This document shows positions 46,156 through 54,318 of a stretch of DNA of 59,858 nucleotides, piece by piece; positions within the stretch are counted from its first letter, which is position 1; the number at the start of each line of letters is the position of its first letter. The translations under genes were made by a program, and so were the position numbers. Origin of the DNA: Candidatus Omnitrophota bacterium. Lineage in GTDB: Bacteria; Omnitrophota; Gorgyraeia; Zapsychrales; Zapsychraceae. Location: the NCBI GenBank assembly GCA_015233495.1, contig JADFXQ010000006.1, positions 1 to 59,858 of the forward strand. The letters are read 5' to 3'. The notes under the pieces are model-generated. The model did not search any database. It saw only the letters and a list, made by a program, of their open reading frames with translations, and was not told the origin of the DNA.

Positions 46156-47142
46156 ATGATTTTTGAAAATTCGCGACTCGCCAGATTAAGACAAAGCTCG
46201 AATATAAGGGATTTGGTTCGCGAAACCCGGCTGCATAAAAGCGATTTGATCATGCCTCTGTTTTTTAAAGAGGGGAAAGGGACACAATCGGTCCCTGCTT
46301 TGCCTGGCGTAGCCAAAATGTCCCGGGAGGTTTTATTAAGGGAAGCGGAGGCCTTGCAAAAGTTGGGGATCAAGGCGGTGTTGTTGTTTGGCTCGGCTTC
46401 GGCCAAAGACGCGGTTGGCTCATCCAGCTATGCCGCAGACGGCCCGTTTCAACAAACGATCCGGGCGATTAAAAAAGCGAGCGATATTGTTCTGATCACG
46501 GATGTGTGTTTGTGCGCGTATACCACGCATGGTCATTGCGGAATTGTCGCTCACTCTGGGGCAAAAAATAGGACGCCGTTTAGGTTGGATTCCGGCCGGA
46601 CCTTGGCGGCCTTAGCGAAGATCGCGGTTTCTCACGCTCAGGCTGGCGCGGATATTGTGGCGCCTTCCGCTATGGCGGACGGTCAGGTCGCGGCCATCCG
46701 TCAGGCATTGGACAAGGCGGGTTTGGACACGACCGCGATTTTGAGTTACGCGGTAAAATATGCTTCGAGTTTTTATGGGCCGTTTCGGGATATCTACGAT
46801 TCGTCTCCGGCCCAAGGCGATCGGCGTGGTTATCAAATGGATCCGGCCAATGGACGGGAAGCATTAGCGGAAGCGGCTTTGGATGTGGCCCAAGGCGCGG
46901 ATATGGTCATGGTCAAACCCGCTTTGGCGTATTTGGATATAATTCAAGCTGTTCGGGCAGCTGTCTATGTTCCGGTTGCGGCTTATAATGTGAGCGGCGA
47001 ATACGCAATGGTCAAGGCGGCGCATGCTCAAGGTTGGCTGGATGAAAAGTCCGCGGCCTGGGAGATTTTGAATTCCATCAAACGGGCTGGCGCGGATTTG
47101 ATCATAACGTATTGGGCGAAAGAGGCGGCGCAATGGATTTGA
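46156..47142 (+). CDS. hemB: porphobilinogen synthase, Zn-type
   Basis: DVCLCAYTTHGHC, SAMADG, MVMVKPA; start uncertain (46150 or 46156). Confidence 0.95.
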   Translation: MIFENSRLARLRQSSNIRDLVRETRLHKSDLIMPLFFKEGKGTQSVPALPGVAKMSREVLLREAEALQKLGIKAVLLFGSASAKDAVGSSSYAADGPFQQTIRAIKKASDIVLITDVCLCAYTTHGHCGIVAHSGAKNRTPFRLDSGRTLAALAKIAVSHAQAGADIVAPSAMADGQVAAIRQALDKAGLDTTAILSYAVKYASSFYGPFRDIYDSSPAQGDRRGYQMDPANGREALAEAALDVAQGADMVMVKPALAYLDIIQAVRAAVYVPVAAYNVSGEYAMVKAAHAQGWLDEKSAAWEILNSIKRAGADLIITYWAKEAAQWI

Positions 47143-48131
47143 CGCCGCGGATGATTTTTTGGGAAACGACAAAACGTTGTAATTTGCATTGTGGTTATTG
47201 CCGTCGGTTGACGGCGCCAGCGGACCAGGAATTGACTACTCCCGAAGCGTTGCGGCTGATCGAGGTGATCCGCGCCAATTTTGGCAAACCGGTTTTGGTG
47301 TTAAGCGGCGGCGAGCCTTTATTGCGGGAAGATATTTTTGACATCATGGCCCACGCGGCCCGGATGGGTTTGCCTTTGGCTTTAGCGACGAACGGTTTGC
47401 GGCTGGAAGAAAAAGAAGCGGTATGGTTGCGGCAATCTGGGGTCAAGCGGGTGAGCTTGAGTTTTGATTCGGTGGACAGCGGCACGCATGACCGGTCGCG
47501 CGGTTTGCCCGGCGCTTTTGAGAAAACCAAAGCTGCCGCAGCTTTTTTGCAAGCACACGCGGTTCCGTTTCAGATAAACTTCACCCTTACGAAAAAGAAT
47601 CGGGGGGAAGTTCGGGCGGTCGCGGATTTTGGCCAAACGCTCGGCGCGGTGGGGGTGCATTATTTTGTGCTCGTGCCCGTGGGCTGCGGCAAAACCGTTC
47701 GGCCGGCCGATATGCTCGACGGTGAGGAAGCGGAAGATGTTTTGACGCGGATTCGGGCTTTGGCGGCGGAGTATGCGCTGGACATCCGGCCGACCTGCAG
47801 TCCGCAATATGTTCGGTTAGGCGATCCGCATTTTGCGAAGGGTTGTTTGGCAGGCACGGGAGTGGTTTTTATATCGTCGGAGGGAAAGGTTTATCCTTGC
47901 GGATATTTACCGGTTTCGGCCGGGTCGATCCGTGAAAACTCGCTCCTTGACATTTGGAAGAACGCGGCGGTTTTTCAGACCTTGCGCCAGAACGACCTAA
48001 AAGGCGGATGCGGAGTTTGCGCTTGGAAAAACCAATGCCGCGGCTGCCGCGCCCGGGCCTATGGCGTGACTGGCGATTATATGGCCAGCGACGTGACGTG
48101 TTGTTTGGCCCCGGGGGTTGCGGTTTCATGA
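47133..48131 (+). CDS. ahbD: radical SAM/SPASM heme b synthase
   Basis: IFWETTKRCNLHCGYC, GCLAGTG, CRGCRARAY. Confidence 0.78.
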   Translation: MDLTPRMIFWETTKRCNLHCGYCRRLTAPADQELTTPEALRLIEVIRANFGKPVLVLSGGEPLLREDIFDIMAHAARMGLPLALATNGLRLEEKEAVWLRQSGVKRVSLSFDSVDSGTHDRSRGLPGAFEKTKAAAAFLQAHAVPFQINFTLTKKNRGEVRAVADFGQTLGAVGVHYFVLVPVGCGKTVRPADMLDGEEAEDVLTRIRALAAEYALDIRPTCSPQYVRLGDPHFAKGCLAGTGVVFISSEGKVYPCGYLPVSAGSIRENSLLDIWKNAAVFQTLRQNDLKGGCGVCAWKNQCRGCRARAYGVTGDYMASDVTCCLAPGVAVS

Positions 48132-48595
48132 AAACACGCTATTGTCTGGACGAAAATATGAACCGTCTGATGCTTGCGCTGCAGGCAGGCTTGCCGATCG
48201 CGGCGCGGCCTTACCAGGATTTGGCCGCCGATTTCGGGGTCAGCGAAACGGAGATTCTCCGCCGGCTCGTCTGGTTAAAAAAACAAGGCCTGCTCAAACG
48301 GATCAATTTCAGTTTTGATTTGAGCAAGCTGGGTGTGGTCAGCGCCTTGGTCGGCTGCCGGATTGCCGGCCCGGATATGGGCCGCGCGGCCAAAATCATC
48401 GCGGCTTGCGGCCAGGTTACCCACAATTACGCGCGGCGGCATCGGCTCAATATGTGGTTTACAATCAGCGCGGCATCGCCGCGGCGGCTTAAGGAAATTT
48501 TAACCCGGCTCAACAGCGCTTTGCCTGCTGAGGAAACCGTTGTGTTGTCTACGGAAAAAATTTATAAGTTGAGGTTTCGCTTCCATGCTGGGTAA
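48128..48595 (+). CDS. ahbA: siroheme decarboxylase alpha subunit
   Basis: LQAGLPIAARPY, VTHNYARR..NMWFT (Lrp/AsnC-like fold). Confidence 0.82.
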   Translation: MKTRYCLDENMNRLMLALQAGLPIAARPYQDLAADFGVSETEILRRLVWLKKQGLLKRINFSFDLSKLGVVSALVGCRIAGPDMGRAAKIIAACGQVTHNYARRHRLNMWFTISAASPRRLKEILTRLNSALPAEETVVLSTEKIYKLRFRFHAG

Positions 48596-49073
48596 ACGCG
48601 AGAAAGATGTGTTGATTTATTTTTCCCGGCAAGACGCGGCTTTGTGCTCCCGGCCGTTTAAAAAAGCCGCGGTAAAATTGGGCTTGACGGAAAACCGTTT
48701 ATTAGCGGTACTGCGGGATTTACAAGCAAAAGGCGTGATTAAAAATTTGCGCGGAGTCATTGATCACCGCCAAGCGGGATACCGGACCAATGCCTTGATT
48801 GCTTGGAATACGCGGGGACTGCGGCCCGCGGAAAAGGACGATTTCATTCAGGCGCGGTTGGTGAGCGACGAGCGGATATCGCATTGTTATCAACGCCAAT
48901 CGCAGCCGGGGTTTGATTACGATGTTTTTGCCATGCTGCACGCGAAATCCGCGGCGGAAGTCAAGCGGTTTGTCCGGGAAACCACCCGGCAAAAAAAGAT
49001 AGCGCATGAAATTTTATTCACGGAACAAGAATTGAAAAAAGAAAAAATGTCATTTAAGGATTTGCTGGAATGA
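48585..49073 (+). CDS. ahbB: siroheme decarboxylase beta subunit
   Basis: HRQAGYRTNALIAW, ISHCYQR, FAMLHA, ELKK. Confidence 0.85.
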   Translation: MLGKREKDVLIYFSRQDAALCSRPFKKAAVKLGLTENRLLAVLRDLQAKGVIKNLRGVIDHRQAGYRTNALIAWNTRGLRPAEKDDFIQARLVSDERISHCYQRQSQPGFDYDVFAMLHAKSAAEVKRFVRETTRQKKIAHEILFTEQELKKEKMSFKDLLE

Positions 49074-50359
49074 TTTTTAAACAGTCGGCGCGTTGGCGCG
49101 GCCGCGGCGTTCGCTCGCTCGTCGGAGCGGTTAATTCGCCGGTTCGCAGTTTTGCGGCGGTGGAATCGCCGATGCTCTTCGCGGCCAAAGCCGGCGGTCC
49201 GTATTTATGGGACGCGGACGGCAATAAATATATCGATTACATCATGAGCTGGGGCGTGGGCATCTTGGGCCACGCTTATCCGCCGGTTGTCGCGGCAGCG
49301 GTCCGGGCCATGAAACACGGCGCGAGTTTTGGCTTGGCCACGGCAGGAGAAATCCGCTTAGCCGAAAAGCTCAAACGGCATATAAAGAGCCTGGACAAAG
49401 TGCGGTTTGTCACGTCGGGCACTGAGGCGTGCATGACCGCGGTCCGGCTCAGCCGGGCCTTTACGGGCAAGACCAAAATTCTTAAGTTCGACGGAGCGTA
49501 CCACGGGCACTTTGACAGTTTGTTGGTGAAAAGCGGGTCCGGCAATTTGACGTTAGGTCTTCCGTCGGGCAAAGGGATCTTGCCCGCGTATACCCGGGAC
49601 ACGTTGTCCTTGCCGTTTAATGATATCGGGATGTTGAAAGCGGCCATCGCCCGCAACCGCGGTGAAATCGCCGCGGTGATTGTCGAACCCGTGGCGTGCA
49701 ACGCCGGCGTGATTTTACCGCAAGGTGATTTTTTAAAATACCTGCGCCGGATGACTAAGGAAGCCGGGATGGTTTTGATCTTTGACGAGGTGATCACCGG
49801 TTTCCGTTTAGGGTTAGGCGGAGCGCAAAAAGTTTTTGGCGCGGAGCCCGATTTAACGTGTCTGGGCAAAATTATCGGCGGCGGGTTTCCGGTTGGCGCG
49901 GTTGGCGGCCGGCGGGAAATTATGGATTTATTGGCCCCGGTTGGCCCGGTTTATCAAGCCGGCACGCTCGCCGGCAATCCGGTAGCGATAGCCGCCGGTT
50001 TGCAGACTTTAGAATGTTTGGAAGCGTCCGCTTCCTTATATAAGGATTTGGAGACCAAAACCTTCCGGCTGGCGGCCGGAATACGGCAAGCGGCGGCGGC
50101 CGCGGGTGTCGCGTTGAAGGTGAATACGATCGGCTCTTTGTTTTCATTATTTTTTACGGACCAACCCGTCACGTCTTACGCGGCGGCATTGACTACGGAT
50201 AAAGCCCGTTATGCCCGTTGGTTTTCCGGTCTTTGCCGGGCAGGGATTCTTTTTCCGCCTTCGGCGTTTGAGGCGTGTTTTGTTTCAGCCGGTCACACGG
50301 ATGCGGTGATAGAAAAAACCGTAAAGGGCTTAACAAGAGTTTTGGAGTCCGGCATTTGA
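49070..50359 (+). CDS. hemL: glutamate-1-semialdehyde 2,1-aminomutase
   Basis: GAVNSPVR, SGTEACM, FDEVITGFR, GKIIGGG, YQAGTLAGNP. Confidence 0.96.
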   Translation: MIFKQSARWRGRGVRSLVGAVNSPVRSFAAVESPMLFAAKAGGPYLWDADGNKYIDYIMSWGVGILGHAYPPVVAAAVRAMKHGASFGLATAGEIRLAEKLKRHIKSLDKVRFVTSGTEACMTAVRLSRAFTGKTKILKFDGAYHGHFDSLLVKSGSGNLTLGLPSGKGILPAYTRDTLSLPFNDIGMLKAAIARNRGEIAAVIVEPVACNAGVILPQGDFLKYLRRMTKEAGMVLIFDEVITGFRLGLGGAQKVFGAEPDLTCLGKIIGGGFPVGAVGGRREIMDLLAPVGPVYQAGTLAGNPVAIAAGLQTLECLEASASLYKDLETKTFRLAAGIRQAAAAAGVALKVNTIGSLFSLFFTDQPVTSYAAALTTDKARYARWFSGLCRAGILFPPSAFEACFVSAGHTDAVIEKTVKGLTRVLESGI

Positions 50360-50421
50360 TCTTCGTCACAGTTTTTGTTATTCGAATTTTGGCATTTGTT
50401 ATTTAATCAGAGGGGTATCGC

Positions 50422-50697
50422 ATGAGAACAGCGACGGTAATTAAGATCATTTTTGGCGTGTTGTTTTTATTATTGATGGTATTTTTTATTTTTGAAAATT
50501 TGGACCCGGTGCCGATTTGGATCCCGATGTTTAAAGGCCGGCGGATCGGCATGATTTACATTATTTTGGCTTCCTACGTTTTTGGGTTTGCCACGGCCAT
50601 GTGGGGGATGACGGTGATTGGCCGGGAAATCAAACGTCAGCAAAAAGCGGCGGAAGTCCCGGAAAGTGAACAGGCTTTGTTTGAGGATGAAGAATGA
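50422..50697 (+). CDS. mamL: magnetosome membrane protein MamL-like (LapA-type two-TM)
   Basis: FIFENLDPVPIW then second TM and basic REIKRQQK; ATGA overlap with mamM. Confidence 0.65.
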   Translation: MRTATVIKIIFGVLFLLLMVFFIFENLDPVPIWIPMFKGRRIGMIYIILASYVFGFATAMWGMTVIGREIKRQQKAAEVPESEQALFEDEE

Positions 50698-51590
50698 GCG
50701 TTGGACCGGGAAAAGTCAAAGATTTGGCCAAATGCGAGGCCTGCACCACTAAGACCATTGCCTGGGGTTTGGTCGCGAATTTTTTGCTGGCGATTTTTAA
50801 GCTCTTTGTCGGGTTTTTAGGCCGCAGCCGCGCTTTGGTCGGCAGCGGTTTGTGTAATTTGAGCGATATCACCTCGTCGATCGCCGTGATCATCGGGGTG
50901 CGTTACGCGAAGCGGCCGCCGAACGTCCGGTATCCGTACGGTTACGGAAAAGTGGAGTTTATCACCCAGGTCATTATGAGCTGTTTCATGATTATGGGCA
51001 CGGTCGCGTTGATTTTCAGTTCGTTCATCGTGATCGCCAAGCGGATCATTGTAATTCAGCACATGGTTGTGTTTTTCGTCGCGATTTTAAGCGCGATCAT
51101 CAACGCTTTGTTATACAAATTTTCGCACTGCGGCGGCAAGGAGCTGAACAGCCCAGTCTTGAAAGCGCATGCCGAGCACAATAAAATTGACGTTATCTCG
51201 TCATTGCTCGTCGGGGTGGGTGTTTTGTTGACCCGCAAAGGCCTGCACTGGATTGACCCGGCCATCGCGATTTTTGAGTGTCTGCATGTTATTCACGGCA
51301 GTTGGATGATTTTGCAAGAAGGGTTAAAAGGCGTGATGGACACCAATTTGCCGGACAAGTACACGGAAGACATTAAAAAATTCATCCGGCAAGTCAATGG
51401 TGTGCGCAAGGTAAATGACGTCCGGGCCAGGCAAACCGGACGGCACATTGTTCTCGACGTGATTTTACAAATTGATCCGGACATCAGCGTGCTGGAAGCG
51501 AAGAATATTATTCAAAAGATCAAGTCTTTGCTGCGGGAGGAGAACAAGTACATCGGGCATATCGCGATTCAGGTCGTGCCGGTGGAGTAA
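50694..51590 (+). CDS. mamM: magnetosome CDF transporter MamM
   Basis: N-terminal CxxC, PYGYGKVEF, TM5 HNKID (HxxxD as in MamM); TM2 site reads CNLSD. Confidence 0.75.
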   Translation: MSVGPGKVKDLAKCEACTTKTIAWGLVANFLLAIFKLFVGFLGRSRALVGSGLCNLSDITSSIAVIIGVRYAKRPPNVRYPYGYGKVEFITQVIMSCFMIMGTVALIFSSFIVIAKRIIVIQHMVVFFVAILSAIINALLYKFSHCGGKELNSPVLKAHAEHNKIDVISSLLVGVGVLLTRKGLHWIDPAIAIFECLHVIHGSWMILQEGLKGVMDTNLPDKYTEDIKKFIRQVNGVRKVNDVRARQTGRHIVLDVILQIDPDISVLEAKNIIQKIKSLLREENKYIGHIAIQVVPVE

Positions 51591-51594
51591 AGAG

Positions 51595-51749
51595 CGGTAT
51601 ACGGTATAAGGGAACACTGTTTATGTCTGGCAAATTTGATGTGGTGTATGCCTGATTTCGTCTTTTTTTCAAATCAGGAATTTTGACACACAGCATATCC
51701 TAATTGACTGACATAAACAGTTTTACCGTATCCTGTATACCGTATACCG
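51595..51749. repeat. 155-bp nested inverted repeat between mamM and mamB
   Basis: Perfect arms: cggtatacggtata 51595-51608 / 51736-51749; actgtttatgtc 51616-51627 / 51710-51721; cctgattt 51651-51658 / 51671-51678. Confidence 0.85.
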
Positions 51750-51764
51750 TTAAAGGATGAACAA

Positions 51765-52715
51765 ATGGCAGTTCCGGAAAAATGCGTGAAATGCGGCAAA
51801 GTTGTTCCCTGGATGGTTTTGGTGGGAAACACTACCTTGTCGGTATTTCAGATATTCGTCGGCACGATGGCCGGGTCAAAGGGCTTGATCGCGGACGGAA
51901 TCCATTCGGGCACGGACGTTTTGACTACTCTGATGGTGATTATCACCGTCAGTTTGTCGGAACGCAAAAGCGACAAGCAGCATCCGTGGGGCCGGGGCAA
52001 AGCGGAATTTTTAGGCGCGGTGTTCGCTTACGCGTTGTTGTTATATATCGCGATCATGATTTTATTTGACGCCGGGAAAGTTTTGATCAGCGGGAACATT
52101 CATCCGCCGCACGCGGCCGCGTTTTTCTGCGCGGTGGTGGCGATTTTGGCGAATTATATTTTATCGGCTTATGGATTATGCGCCGGAAAAAAACTGAACT
52201 CGCCGGCCATGATCGCCAATGCCAATGAAAACCGTTCTGACATGGTCGCGAGCGTGGCAGTGGCCGCGGGGATTTTGTTGGCCAATATCGGATTCGTGAT
52301 CCTCGACGCGGTAGCCGCGTTTTTGGTCGGCTTGATGATCGGCCGGATGGCGCTCAAATTGGGGATCAGCGCTTTGCGCAATTTGATCGATGAATCACTG
52401 CCGGCGGAGAAAAAAGCGCTGATTGAAAAAGTGGCGTTGCAATATCAGGAAGTCAAAGGGATCAATTATTTGCATACCCGCCGGGTCGGGCAGCAGGCTT
52501 GGGTGGATATGGAAATCATCATTGATTCCAAACATACGGTGAAAGAAGGGCACGTGATTACCCGCGAAGTGCGGGCGGCTTTGATGCGGCGTTTCAGCCA
52601 GATCAAAGACATCACGATCACTTTTACCTGCCGGGAAAATCCGGCGGCAGCCGGCGTCGGGATTAAACCTCGCGCGGCCATGACCTTGAATAAACAATTA
52701 AGACCAGCTGCATAA
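51765..52715 (+). CDS. mamB: magnetosome CDF transporter MamB
   Basis: N-terminal CxxC, ADGIHSGTD TM2, NANENRSD TM5 (MamB-type). Confidence 0.8.
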   Translation: MAVPEKCVKCGKVVPWMVLVGNTTLSVFQIFVGTMAGSKGLIADGIHSGTDVLTTLMVIITVSLSERKSDKQHPWGRGKAEFLGAVFAYALLLYIAIMILFDAGKVLISGNIHPPHAAAFFCAVVAILANYILSAYGLCAGKKLNSPAMIANANENRSDMVASVAVAAGILLANIGFVILDAVAAFLVGLMIGRMALKLGISALRNLIDESLPAEKKALIEKVALQYQEVKGINYLHTRRVGQQAWVDMEIIIDSKHTVKEGHVITREVRAALMRRFSQIKDITITFTCRENPAAAGVGIKPRAAMTLNKQLRPAA

Positions 52716-52732
52716 ACAACCAGGGGGAACGA

Positions 52733-53542
52733 ATGGAAGAACGAAAAAAGAATAAGATCACTGATGATAAAGTCGCCGGGGAATTAGAAACGGATACCGC
52801 CGAAGACCGCGAAACAGCGGAATCCGCCGGGAACGGCGCGCCAGAAACCAAAGTCAAACGGACGCGCAAGCCCAAGAAGAGCAAAGAGGAAAATTTGAAA
52901 GACAATATCACTCAAAAAATCCAGCTCGGCACGCACCGGATGTTGTCGACAACCGAGCGGATCATTCAGGGATTGTCGAATGCTTATGAGAACATTTTCA
53001 TCGGCAAGGAAGACGTGAAAAAGGATTTTGAAAAAGAGCAGGGGATCAAATTTTACAATAAAGGCAATTATGAACGCGCCTTGGAGCATTTTGACGCGTA
53101 TCTGCAAGACGTGGATGGCCAGGACGCGGATGTTTTGTATCTGATGGCCATGTGTCAGGTCCACCAGGGCGATCACAAAGCTGCGGCGGTTGATTTGAAA
53201 AAAGCGGAAAAATTGAGTCCCGAGGATGAGGACATCATCATGGAATCCGCCAAATGCCTTTTCGCGCTGGAAAATTACAGCGAGGCGTTGGCGTATTTGA
53301 AAAAAGCGACCGCGATTATTCCCGACGACGCGGATGTCTATTATCATCTCGGCACCTGTTACGAAAAGCTCGACCAGATCGAAGACGCGAAAAAGAATTA
53401 TAAAAAGGCGATTGATTTGAGTCCGCGGGAAGCGGTTTATTATCACGCTTTGGGTTTTGTCTACGAAAATTCCGGCAATCATAAAGACGCCATTGTCTGT
53501 TTTAAAAAAGCGATGGATTTGGAACGCGAAAAAAAGACGTAA
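52733..53542 (+). CDS. mamA: magnetosome TPR protein MamA
   Basis: Tandem TPRs (GIKFYNKGNYERAL, YYHLGTCY, YHALGFVY); low-complexity N-terminus; mam context. Confidence 0.75.
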   Translation: MEERKKNKITDDKVAGELETDTAEDRETAESAGNGAPETKVKRTRKPKKSKEENLKDNITQKIQLGTHRMLSTTERIIQGLSNAYENIFIGKEDVKKDFEKEQGIKFYNKGNYERALEHFDAYLQDVDGQDADVLYLMAMCQVHQGDHKAAAVDLKKAEKLSPEDEDIIMESAKCLFALENYSEALAYLKKATAIIPDDADVYYHLGTCYEKLDQIEDAKKNYKKAIDLSPREAVYYHALGFVYENSGNHKDAIVCFKKAMDLEREKKT

Positions 53543-53591
53543 CCCCGGCAGATTCCGGATCTGCCGCGGTCGTTGCGGGAGGGAGCGCCAC

Positions 53592-54308
53592 ATGAGCCGT
53601 ATCACTGAAACTATTAAGAAAATGTTTCCTAAGGAATTTGAAGAATTGATCCCGATCAGGAAACCTTGGTGGGAAAAAATTGATTTCGCCCAATTACAGA
53701 GCAAAGAAGGTCTCTGGGTTTCTTTAGCGATCGGCGTGGTAATTCTCGGCGGGATTTATTATTACAATAAGCTCATCGCGATTTACCGTTTCACGGAAAT
53801 GGAAAGCCATCAGATCGAAGTGCAGTTGCAGCGGCGCAAAGATTTGTCCGCAAATTTGGTGAAAACGGTTATGGATTATGCCGAGCATGAACGGCAGATG
53901 TTCCAATATATGGCCGACAAACGGGCGGAAGCTTTGAAGACTAATGATCTGACAAAAACCCCGCTGGATGCGAAAGGCTTGATTGACCCCAAAGCTCTGG
54001 CGGAGATAAAAAATTTAAAGGGAGTGAATTTGGATAAAGCCCTGGCGAAAATCATGGCTTTGGCGGAAGCATATCCGCAGTTGAAGTTGAGCGAAAACTT
54101 CCAGATTTTGATGCAGGGATTGATCAAGACGGAAGACAACATCGCGGACCGCCGCATGGCTTACAATGAAGCGGCGAGCAATTATCACGCTTATGTGAAG
54201 CAGATCCCGGCGTGTTTTTACGCTTATATTTTTGGCTACCGGGAAAAAATGTTCCATTACGCGGAAGTGGACCCGGATATTAAGAAATTCAATCCGATTG
54301 CTTATTAA
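53592..54308 (+). CDS. mamQ: magnetosome LemA-family protein MamQ
   Basis: YYNKL, LQRRKDL, AEAYPQLK.SENF, RMAYN; start moved to ATG 53592. Confidence 0.82.
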   Translation: MSRITETIKKMFPKEFEELIPIRKPWWEKIDFAQLQSKEGLWVSLAIGVVILGGIYYYNKLIAIYRFTEMESHQIEVQLQRRKDLSANLVKTVMDYAEHERQMFQYMADKRAEALKTNDLTKTPLDAKGLIDPKALAEIKNLKGVNLDKALAKIMALAEAYPQLKLSENFQILMQGLIKTEDNIADRRMAYNEAASNYHAYVKQIPACFYAYIFGYREKMFHYAEVDPDIKKFNPIAY

Positions 54309-54318
54309 GGGGAGAACT

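Noticed and set aside
44988-49073. Possible heme d1 pathway (nirJ, nirDLGH)
   Set aside because: Two radical SAM genes plus two decarboxylase subunits fit ahbABCD; no nirS, nirF or nirN present
52733-53542. Generic TPR protein rather than MamA
   Set aside because: Position between mamB and mamQ favours MamA, though sequence alone is not diagnostic
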